Below are positions 24,570-32,000 of a DNA stretch of 32,000 bases, piece by piece. Each line of letters opens with the position of its first letter. The first letter of the stretch is position 1. The DNA comes from Candidatus Methylomirabilis limnetica (GTDB lineage: Bacteria; Methylomirabilota; Methylomirabilia; Methylomirabilales; Methylomirabilaceae): NCBI RefSeq assembly GCF_003044035.1, contig NZ_NVQC01000017.1, positions 90,001 through 122,000 of the forward strand, read 5' to 3'. The position numbers and the translations under genes were made by a program. The notes under the pieces were generated by a model. The model was not told the origin of the DNA and made no database searches. It saw nothing but the letters and a program-made list of their open reading frames with translations.

Positions 24570-25710
24570 ACGTCGCCGTTCTCGGGTGACGCCACGCCTG
24601 CATCGGATTTTGTCCGGCCTTTCCCGCTACTCTCGCGCCTCGCAACAGTTCGCGGAGCGCAGCCCACAAACTGGGGAAGATCCCCTTCTTGTATGGCGAG
24701 TCCTCGGTAAGTGCGCTCATCAAGCGGCGATGGGCCTCGCCCATAGAGTGATAGGGCATGAGCGGAAAAAGATGATGGAGGGCATGATAACGCAATCCAA
24801 TTGGAAATAGGAGCAGCGTCAACAAGGAACGTCCCTCGATAGTCTGAGAGTCCTCGATCTGCTCCACGTAGGTCATGTTGCCTCCCGTATTCAGGAAACG
24901 GTGCGCAGCCAGCGTACGAACCCAGTTCAAAGCGATTGTAGAGATCGACAGACCATAGACCATTCCAACCGTCGTCCATACGATAAATCCTTTGAAAATC
25001 AGTCCGATGACGACGACTAACCACAGCAGACAGAGAAGATCCAGTGCTGCCCAGAGGCCCAGAGGTTCCGTTGATGGAATGACGCGCCGATAGTAGGGAT
25101 TGATGGTATACGAGGACCATTGTTCCAGGAGCCACCGCCGAGAGGGGGGATAGAGAAATGACAGCGGCACCAGGACCAGGAAGCGAAAAGCAGCCAGGAG
25201 CGGCACAACCGGAATCTGTGCGAGATACAGTACCGTTTCGCGAATAGGAGCCGAGGCCAGAGGGAGATATTCTCCCTCAGCCGGGGTGCCAAACTTGCGA
25301 GGGTAATGATGGTCAAGATGGCTACGGTATAGAAGTGAATGGAGGAGAAAAGGCACCCCGAACAGAAGATTCCAGGCGATATGAAATCCTATCATGGAGG
25401 GCTCCTCTCTATGGACAAGCTCATGGATGAAGATGCCAACCCTGAATAACGCCAGCCCGGAAACCAGGAATGCTACAATCTGCATGACCGAGAACGCTGG
25501 CGCCATCAGGTAGATCGCAGCAAAGCCGTACCCAATGGACACCGTCATCAGAAAGTCAGCCCAATAGAGTGCGGGCTTTGGTGTGAACAGATCCTGAACA
25601 AGCCTCTTGGCCTCTCGGTGCGAAAAAGCCGGAGTCTCTCGCTCGTCGGTAGCCGGCGATTTCGGTCCATGCAGGGCAGCAGAAGGCGCCATTTTATTAG
25701 AGTCGTACAA
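24559..25710 (-). CDS. Membrane fatty-acid/lipid desaturase (three His-box di-iron family)
   Basis: His boxes HELVH, HLDHH and HALHH with multiple TM segments. It overlaps both neighbours (by 11 and 14 nt). Confidence 0.85.
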   Translation of the reverse strand: MYDSNKMAPSAALHGPKSPATDERETPAFSHREAKRLVQDLFTPKPALYWADFLMTVSIGYGFAAIYLMAPAFSVMQIVAFLVSGLALFRVGIFIHELVHREEPSMIGFHIAWNLLFGVPFLLHSLLYRSHLDHHYPRKFGTPAEGEYLPLASAPIRETVLYLAQIPVVPLLAAFRFLVLVPLSFLYPPSRRWLLEQWSSYTINPYYRRVIPSTEPLGLWAALDLLCLLWLVVVIGLIFKGFIVWTTVGMVYGLSISTIALNWVRTLAAHRFLNTGGNMTYVEQIEDSQTIEGRSLLTLLLFPIGLRYHALHHLFPLMPYHSMGEAHRRLMSALTEDSPYKKGIFPSLWAALRELLRGARVAGKAGQNPMQAWRHPRTATYAR

Positions 25711-26728
25711 AGTCTATCTCCCCGCCGTGAGTCACCGTTAATACGCGCGGCGACTCGCCCGCAAGGATTTGTCCGTCAAGCGCGCATTTCGCCTTTAATT
25801 GCAGTACGGCTTCATGGATGTTCCTGCTCGTGTACCCAGACTCAGGTGTCAGGTACCGGTTGGGTCTACCATGGAAGAACGAAGGCGCAGCGAGCAGAAG
25901 ATCCTGGTGCTCATAGGCAACCGCCGTATACCTGAGTGGACCATCCCCCTCCCCCCAGTACGGTCGTATTCCTGGATTCAAACGCACCAACGTGGTGATG
26001 AACAGCGCGAGGTAGTTGTGCGTACCGCACGATTGACCGTCTAAACGAACAGCGATCGGGGTGGGCTCAACAACGCGTCGTCCCATGGCAAGGCCCAGGA
26101 GATACCGGCCCACTGTGACGGCTGTCCCCAGGCCACCGCGCATCAGTTTCGATCCGGCCTGCCGGCGAGTCGCCCGTCGAACGCGAGTGACTTGAACGAT
26201 GCCGGCGGCGCTGAAGAACATCCCAAACTGAGGGGCACTGCCCGGTCCACAATCCACCCGCAGGATCGCCCGCCGGACAAGCTGTCCCGAGGGCCCCCTA
26301 CCCTCTGACCAAGCCAGCAGGCGCTCTAAGGCCCGCACCGGCTTACCTCCCATGCCGACGTCGGCAGCGGTCATATTCGTGGTCCCCCCTGCAATAAGAA
26401 CTACCAAAGGTCTCACCGCAAAGGGGCTGGTAGGAAACAGGGCAGTCAGCATGGCATGGACGGTTCCATCACCACCGCAGACAGCCAGGACCTCTACTTG
26501 CTGCGCAGCCATGTCTGTAAGGGCGCCGGCTACGTCCTTTGGCCCCCTAACCAATCGGTGGATCGCCGGCTTGTACCGGTCCAGGATGCGCAGGATGGCC
26601 TGAAGACTGTGTCGATTCGCCCCGCTCTGCGGATTGATCAGGATGCCAAGCCGTCGCGGCCGGCTGGTGTCCCACGGATTCGGGGCGCAAGGAGTAGAAC
26701 CGACGTCATTCTTCGCAAGCATAGGCAT
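25697..26728 (-). CDS. Diacylglycerol-kinase-family lipid kinase (DAGK_cat / YegS-LCB5 type)
   Basis: LGILINPQSGANR ... AVCGGDGTVHAML ... LIAGGTTN are the soluble lipid kinase motifs. Confidence 0.85.
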   Translation of the reverse strand: MPMLAKNDVGSTPCAPNPWDTSRPRRLGILINPQSGANRHSLQAILRILDRYKPAIHRLVRGPKDVAGALTDMAAQQVEVLAVCGGDGTVHAMLTALFPTSPFAVRPLVVLIAGGTTNMTAADVGMGGKPVRALERLLAWSEGRGPSGQLVRRAILRVDCGPGSAPQFGMFFSAAGIVQVTRVRRATRRQAGSKLMRGGLGTAVTVGRYLLGLAMGRRVVEPTPIAVRLDGQSCGTHNYLALFITTLVRLNPGIRPYWGEGDGPLRYTAVAYEHQDLLLAAPSFFHGRPNRYLTPESGYTSRNIHEAVLQLKAKCALDGQILAGESPRVLTVTHGGEIDFVRL

Positions 26729-26761
26729 GGCGGTGCTAATGCGGCGCAGAGGCGATCCCGG

Positions 26762-27982
26762 TCACGCTTCGCTTCCCGAAGACGGCATTCGATCGGTAAA
26801 CAGCCGTACGGCAAGCGAACGGTCGCCACAGTGTCCAATTCCATCGGCTAGCCAGGATCGTAACGGTCCGTACGTAATCCGCGCATAGACGGCGGTGCCA
26901 AGGCGTACCAGGAGCAGAAGGGTCGAGAACGCCGTCCATACGGTAACGGCAGCTAATCCCAAATCCGGCCTGCTGAAACCCAGGCTTACGGTAAGAAGGA
27001 TCAGATTGGGATTGCGTCTGGCAGTTACGAGTCTGAAGTAGGAGTCAAAGGGACGCCAGCAGAAGATACCGTACTGGCCAAGCAAATGCTGAAATGCGCC
27101 CTCGACCAAGCGTCCGAGAATGTATCCGATGAAGATCGCCCATACCGCGAGGTTCAGAGTGAGTGACGGAATGCCCGGGTGGAAGGACTCCAGCCCGACG
27201 CCCCACAGCAGGTACCACACCGGGGGATGGACCAGATCCAGGATCTTGTCCAGAAAGTGGCCGAACCGGGTGCTCGTGACGGTCACCCTGGCGAGCTTCC
27301 CGTCTACCGTATCGAGGAAGGTCATGACCCATGCGGCGGCAAGTCCCCATCCGTAGCTACCTTTAGCAAACAGGGTCGCGGCCACGATGACCAGTACCAC
27401 GCTGGTCATCGTGACATGGTTCGGCCTCATGCCCACGGCTACGCACAGACGCGTCACCCATTGGGCAGGAGTAGGCCACACCCATTTAGTGACCAGATCG
27501 GTCACGCTTCTGTAGGAGCTGGAAAACAAGCGCTCCTCCAGCGCGCGTTTGTTTTCGGCCCTGATGGGCACCACAAAGGGTGGCTCCGATTTGCGTAACG
27601 ACTTGTTAAATGACGAGAGCAGGCCTTCAAGTTGCTCTATGCTGACTCCCGGTAGAGCAGCCGTGTGACCTTCCGAAGACAGCATCGCACTGGCCTCCGC
27701 CGCCAGGTTAGCCGGCACATGAGCTGCAACGACCGCGCGAGATGTTCCGATGGGCACCTGGAACACGACATTCAACGACCTGGCCAGACTGTGAAGGACC
27801 CGGCCATCGAAAAGGTAATCCCCGCGAACGATGAGCACGGAATCGTCTGGTTTCACGGAGGAGAGATCATCCACAATCGCCGTGACCCCCGCCTGCCTCA
27901 GCACGCGCCGGCAGCGCTCGCGGGATGATAGCTTCCACAGCGTGACTGGAGCCTCTCTAAGTATGTGGGCGCAAACAGCCAT
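26762..27982 (-). CDS. CDP-alcohol phosphatidyltransferase with degenerate N-terminal nucleotidyltransferase-like domain
   Basis: Full signature DTVDGKLARvtvtstrfGhflDkilD (DxxDGxxARx8Gx3Dx3D). About 160 N-terminal residues resemble the IPCT-DIPPS-type sugar-nucleotidyltransferase module but lack the GxGxR loop. Confidence 0.85.
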   Translation of the reverse strand: MAVCAHILREAPVTLWKLSSRERCRRVLRQAGVTAIVDDLSSVKPDDSVLIVRGDYLFDGRVLHSLARSLNVVFQVPIGTSRAVVAAHVPANLAAEASAMLSSEGHTAALPGVSIEQLEGLLSSFNKSLRKSEPPFVVPIRAENKRALEERLFSSSYRSVTDLVTKWVWPTPAQWVTRLCVAVGMRPNHVTMTSVVLVIVAATLFAKGSYGWGLAAAWVMTFLDTVDGKLARVTVTSTRFGHFLDKILDLVHPPVWYLLWGVGLESFHPGIPSLTLNLAVWAIFIGYILGRLVEGAFQHLLGQYGIFCWRPFDSYFRLVTARRNPNLILLTVSLGFSRPDLGLAAVTVWTAFSTLLLLVRLGTAVYARITYGPLRSWLADGIGHCGDRSLAVRLFTDRMPSSGSEA

Positions 27983-28089
27983 TACTCACAATGGGTACGC
28001 TTCCCGGCAGATGAGGGACGCCACCCGTTTGTTGTCCGGAAACATGGCCGACCATTCGTAGGACCAGGCAAAAAACGACTATTTATACT

Positions 28090-28120
28090 ATAGAAAGGTC
28101 GATCCAGTCAAGATCGACCC
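28090..28120 (-). terminator. Candidate intrinsic terminator after the ABC exporter gene
   Basis: On the minus strand: GGTCGATC-ttgactg-GATCGACC followed by TTTCTAT, 12 nt after the stop. An AT-rich tatagtataaat stretch follows and could be a promoter for the downstream operon. Confidence 0.4.
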
Positions 28121-28131
28121 CTCAACTGGGA

Positions 28132-29874
28132 TTACGCCTGTGGCATGATTGGGATAAGGCCCGAATCATGGTCGCTCGTAACCAAAGAAACCTCGCCGTG
28201 TCGTATCCGGTAGACCCTGTCGGCAGACTCCACCACGGTAGGCTGATGCGAGATGGCCAAAATCGTCAACCGGCCCAGAAGGCCACGGAGCATTCGGCAT
28301 ATCTCAGTCTCGGTCTCCGGATCGAGCGCACTGGTAACTTCGTCCAGAATCAGCAGTTTGGGCCGATGTGCCAGCGCCCTGGCGATGGCGATGCGTTGCC
28401 GCTGGCCTCCTGACAGCGTCGACCCGCGCTCCCCGACCGAGCTGTGGATCCCGGAGGGCCGTGCTATCACAAAGTCCCAGGCGCCTGCAGCACGCAGAGC
28501 GGCTTCGGCATCAGCCTCGCTCAGCTCCGGATCGCCAAGCGTCACGTTCTGCAGCACTGTGTCGTGAAACAGGAAGGTCTCTTGTGGTACATATCCGATC
28601 ATCCGCCGCCACTGCCTGAGATCCACGCTGTCCAGCGGCAGGTCGTCGATAAAGACATGACCTTGCTGCGGACGCAACAGACCCGTAAACAGATCTGCTA
28701 TCGTCGTTTTCCCCGCCCCGGATGGTCCCATGATGGCAGTGAATGATCCCACCGGAACGGTCAGCGACGCATTCCAAAGCACACGATGTTTTCCATATCC
28801 AAAGTTGACCTTGTCCAGGCAAAGGGCTCTCTCGAGGTGGGGGGGAAGGCCTCCTGGCTCTGCTTCACGGTCACGGTTCGCGCCGTCAATGGCCGCTTGC
28901 AACGACCAGAAGGCGCTTTCCAGGGTTCGCATTTTCTGGTATTGCCGCTGCATCTTGGCCAGGCAGGTCAACAATCGAGCAAGAAGGAACACCATAACCA
29001 TTACGATATTAAACGGCATCTGCCACCGGCTAAGGGCCACATATAACCCGACAGCAATAATGACGGTTAAAAGAATCTCTTGGGAGGAGCTGAGCAGCTC
29101 GGTGCTGAGTACTTCACGCTGAAACGCCCGGTTTAATCGCCTGGCGTTGGACTTGAGGGGAGGGCCGATCAACTCTTCGCGCGCCATCGCTTTGAGGGGT
29201 TTGATGGATTGAAGGCTATCAGTTAGGCCGGCGAGAAGGGATTTTAATAAATGGGTCTGGCGGTTTCCAGCTCGGTGTGCCATGCGGATGAAACGGTTGA
29301 GTCCATAGAAGATTACGATTCCGGGAACCAGTATTCCCAAGGTTGTCTTCCCCGCAACAACGAAGGCTACACATGCATACACAACGGCCTCTATAAACAG
29401 GGTCGTACTCTTGGCGCCCTCAAGGTACGCCATTGAAGCCCGCATCGCTTCAGTACCTACTGCGTTAGCGAAGCTTCCGACGGGTTGGCGCACGTAATAC
29501 TCCCACCGAGCGGCCAGCAGAGCTTGGAGCAGCGAGAGTCGTAGTTCAGTGGCGACGTGCGTAACCGTATAGCCGACCTGAGTTTTGGCCAATAGGAGAA
29601 ATGCCCCTTTGACCGTCACACAGAAGACAATAACAATCAGCAGCGTACCGACTGTCGGCGTGAGTCCTACGACTGAAAGTGATTGCATCAGGATATGCTG
29701 CGCACCGGATGGGAGCGAACCGGTCACAAAGGTCTTTTCACCGGTCGCCATGCTCAGCATCGGAAGCAGAAAGAGGAGTCCGGCCCCCTCTGCAATGCTG
29801 GCGAACAAGAGGGAGATGAGGGTGAGTGCGCTCCGTCGCGGATACATCCGGACGATGGTACTTAAAAACCGCAT
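28132..29874 (-). CDS. ABC exporter, fused permease-ATPase (MsbA-like type I exporter)
   Basis: Six-TM N-domain, Walker A GPSGAGKTT, signature LSGGQRQRIAIARAL, Walker B LLILDEVTSALD. I chose the start ATG 29874 (MRFLSTIVRMYP). The track start 30171 would overlap the upstream gene. Confidence 0.9.
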   Translation of the reverse strand: MRFLSTIVRMYPRRSALTLISLLFASIAEGAGLLFLLPMLSMATGEKTFVTGSLPSGAQHILMQSLSVVGLTPTVGTLLIVIVFCVTVKGAFLLLAKTQVGYTVTHVATELRLSLLQALLAARWEYYVRQPVGSFANAVGTEAMRASMAYLEGAKSTTLFIEAVVYACVAFVVAGKTTLGILVPGIVIFYGLNRFIRMAHRAGNRQTHLLKSLLAGLTDSLQSIKPLKAMAREELIGPPLKSNARRLNRAFQREVLSTELLSSSQEILLTVIIAVGLYVALSRWQMPFNIVMVMVFLLARLLTCLAKMQRQYQKMRTLESAFWSLQAAIDGANRDREAEPGGLPPHLERALCLDKVNFGYGKHRVLWNASLTVPVGSFTAIMGPSGAGKTTIADLFTGLLRPQQGHVFIDDLPLDSVDLRQWRRMIGYVPQETFLFHDTVLQNVTLGDPELSEADAEAALRAAGAWDFVIARPSGIHSSVGERGSTLSGGQRQRIAIARALAHRPKLLILDEVTSALDPETETEICRMLRGLLGRLTILAISHQPTVVESADRVYRIRHGEVSLVTSDHDSGLIPIMPQA

Positions 29875-30064
29875 GGCGACACCAAGCAGCTCCGAATAAG
29901 GTTGACTACTGACCAGGAACCTTGACGATGCAGGCGGGATATCACGTCTAACCGGGTCCGAAAAGTCGAAGCCTGGCGCCTCCGACAGGCTTGGAATAAG
30001 ATGCCATAACGCTGCTCCACGGTACGTTCCATTGAACACGCGGTGGCCAAGCTTATGACCGCTA

Positions 30065-31240
30065 TCATAACCGCAAAAGAGGCGACATGCTGTTGTGCCC
30101 CATAACGGCCGCGAGAAAGTCGGCAATGGCGTCAGCGCCGCGTTGGGCTGCGGTGCTGTCTGGCTCCTCATGAAAGGTATAGGCGAATCCTGCGCGCTGC
30201 TTGGGCAGGAATTGGGGGTGGGTTTCCGAAGCGACCTCCAGAGCCGGGCCGAGACCGTGCGAGACGTCGTCTATCACCTGTCCAAAGTGCCAATGCGCGT
30301 AGTATGGATTATGCTCCCACGTAACCCTATGCGCGTTGAGAAAGATACAGGGCTTGGGATCGAGGAGAAACTCGTATACCTGGCTGCTCACGTCGCCCAG
30401 ATAGATATCGGCCGCGAGCGTATACGTCATATCGGCTGAGGCCGGACTGCCGGTATCGATCAGGATATTTGGGACCCCTTTGTAACGGCGCGGAAGCCAT
30501 GTACCGTGCCGCCAGCGGCGCGCAAAGAGCACGACGTGTGGCGCAAAGATGAGGTTGTAGTGCGGATTGGCAACAAAGAAATCGAGGACCGCGTGTCCCA
30601 TCCTGGCCCATGACGCGACCTTCTGGTCGAAGTGCGGGTTATAGACGACGACCGGGTTGGCGTTGTGGAACAAGCGCGGTCGCTTGGGCTTGAGAGCTCG
30701 AACGACATCGAACTTCGGCCAGCCGATCACCGCGTAGCGACCGGCACACAGATGGCCTTCCTTTATGAACCGGTCGACGTATTTTTGCCCAGGCAACAGC
30801 ACGAAATCGAACAGCGTGACGTGCTCGTCCCTCGTTCCTTCGCGGTCGCCGGCGCCATGCCGCGTGTGGATGAGTTTCAAATCCCTCAGGCCGTATTGCG
30901 TGCGCAACCGTCGGCAGTGTCGCTCCGGCGCGACCAGTGCGTCGAGGCTCCTGAAGAAATCAAGATTGTCCTTGAGAATGCGCTTCTTACGCTCGAATGT
31001 GAACTTTGACACCACAGGATCGATCAGAGGATACCACCACGCCGGGTGGAGGCGGAGGAGTGTGCAGCGATGCCCGGGATAGAGCTCGCCGATCGATCTG
31101 GCCATGTCGGCCTCAGCTTCGGTTGAGGCGGCGATGATCACCTCGAATTCCGGGTGCCGGCGCGACAGTTCGTAGGCGTAGGGCGTCGCGTGCGGCACCT
31201 GATGCGGCGAGTAGTGGTTGAAGAGGAAGCCGATGCGCAT
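30065..31240 (-). CDS. TagB/TagF-like glycerophosphotransferase-type (or related GT-B) transferase
   Basis: IGWPKFD, VVVYNPHF ... and ADIYLGDVSSQVYEFLLDPKPCIFLN resemble the CDP-glycerol glycerophosphotransferase C-terminal motifs (GxPRxD, YAPTxR, DxxITDYSSxxFDF). An alternative TTG start lies at 31276. Confidence 0.45.
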   Translation of the reverse strand: MRIGFLFNHYSPHQVPHATPYAYELSRRHPEFEVIIAASTEAEADMARSIGELYPGHRCTLLRLHPAWWYPLIDPVVSKFTFERKKRILKDNLDFFRSLDALVAPERHCRRLRTQYGLRDLKLIHTRHGAGDREGTRDEHVTLFDFVLLPGQKYVDRFIKEGHLCAGRYAVIGWPKFDVVRALKPKRPRLFHNANPVVVYNPHFDQKVASWARMGHAVLDFFVANPHYNLIFAPHVVLFARRWRHGTWLPRRYKGVPNILIDTGSPASADMTYTLAADIYLGDVSSQVYEFLLDPKPCIFLNAHRVTWEHNPYYAHWHFGQVIDDVSHGLGPALEVASETHPQFLPKQRAGFAYTFHEEPDSTAAQRGADAIADFLAAVMGHNSMSPLLRL

Positions 31241-31295
31241 AGTGTCCAGGCTCTGTTCGTGATCGTCGGCGCGCAATGCGGGAGCTGCAGCCGCT

Positions 31296-32000
31296 TCAGG
31301 CGGTACGCTCGCACGGGATTGCGGATTCGGCCGCCTGATGTCGCCGCCACTGCTGGAACATCAGAACGCACCACAGCAACCGCTGGCGGTTGTGCGACCC
31401 CGCAAGGTGTTCGCGCCAGCGCGCGCGGACAAGGGTGGGGTTGAAAAAGCCATCCTCGGCGAGCCGCTGCTCGTCGAGAAGCTCTTCCGCCCACGGCCGC
31501 AATGGACCGCGAAGCCACACCTTTACCGGCACGGCAAAGCCCCTTTTCGGGCGGTCAACGAGCGCTCGCGGCACATGCCGGTAGAGGACCTGGCGCAGCA
31601 GCCGCTTGTTCTCGCCTGCACCGGCGTATTTGAGCGCCGGCGTAAGGCGCCAGACATATTCCACAATGCGATGGTCAAGCAGCGGAACACGAACCTCAAG
31701 GCCGAACGCCATGCTCGCCCGATCCACCTTGGTAAGGATGCCATCCGGCAGACGTGTGGTCATATCGAGGCAGCCTATGCGTTCCATGAAGTCGGGCAAG
31801 CTAGCGCCTGCCGTCGCGTCCTGGAGCAGATCCGGCCGCTCACGCGCGCCAGGGATGACGGCGGCCGGGTCCTCCGGCGTACTGACCACCTGACGGTAGA
31901 GGTCGCCCTCAGTTACCGCCGCGAAGGCGTGGGTTAGCTCGCTCACCCGACTGAGCGAGAGTCCGGGGCGGAGGAAGACCGGGAGGACGCCACACAGCAT
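31296..32000 (-). CDS. Asparagine synthase (glutamine-hydrolysing)-family amidotransferase, C-terminal part (5' end outside the window)
   Basis: LTKVDRASMAFGLEVRVPLLDHRIVEY ... KRLLRQVLYRHVP ... PKRGFAVP is the AsnB synthetase domain. Confidence 0.85.
   Translation of the reverse strand: MLCGVLPVFLRPGLSLSRVSELTHAFAAVTEGDLYRQVVSTPEDPAAVIPGARERPDLLQDATAGASLPDFMERIGCLDMTTRLPDGILTKVDRASMAFGLEVRVPLLDHRIVEYVWRLTPALKYAGAGENKRLLRQVLYRHVPRALVDRPKRGFAVPVKVWLRGPLRPWAEELLDEQRLAEDGFFNPTLVRARWREHLAGSHNRQRLLWCVLMFQQWRRHQAAESAIPCERTA

Noticed and set aside
29875-30171. 99-codon N-terminal extension of the ABC exporter ORF
   Set aside because: It would overlap the upstream transferase gene by about 100 nt. 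The sequence from ATG 29874 (MRFLSTIVRMYPRR) is a typical exporter N-terminus.

Overview
GC-rich bacterial chromosomal window with four blocks. (1) 1-5.9 kb, minus strand: housekeeping genes purA (partial), hisZ, serA, a class-V aminotransferase and an FmdB zinc-ribbon gene. (2) About 6.4-15.1 kb, plus strand: an accessory run of short, co-oriented, functionally unrelated units. These are a small acidic protein, an LMW phosphotyrosine phosphatase, a BrnT fragment with a HicB-like gene, HigBA, AbrB plus a frameshifted PIN toxin, an S1 protease-TPR protein, a lipoprotein, DUF2971, Fic and a 43-aa membrane peptide. Unit boundaries repeatedly carry RYYYAAC ... GTTRRRY core-like motifs flanking imperfect palindromes. 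I read this as an integron-type gene-cassette array with no integrase in the window (CALIN-like), partly decayed by deletions and a RAYT/IS200-like remnant. (3) 15.3-22 kb, plus strand: the conserved block RDD, ffh, rpsP, vestigial KH ORF, rimM, trmD, rplS, rnhB, yraN, comM/yifB. A second higBA module follows, bracketed by a 31-bp direct duplication of the comM 3' end. (4) 23.1-32 kb, minus strand: a tightly packed membrane-lipid cluster. It holds an AsnB-like amidotransferase, a TagF-like transferase, an MsbA-like ABC exporter, a CDP-alcohol phosphatidyltransferase with a degenerate N-terminal nucleotidyltransferase-like domain, a DAG-kinase-family lipid kinase, a membrane desaturase, a Tam41/Mmp37-like nucleotidyltransferase and a secreted DUF2141 protein. 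This is my best candidate for an undescribed polar-lipid synthesis and export pathway. Several short palindromic intergenic repeat families are also present. No rRNA, tRNA or CRISPR array was recognised. All family calls come from reading motifs by eye, with no database search. CDS coordinates follow the ORF track, with starts I re-derived noted in the evidence; motif coordinates were anchored to track ORFs and may be off by 1-2 nt.
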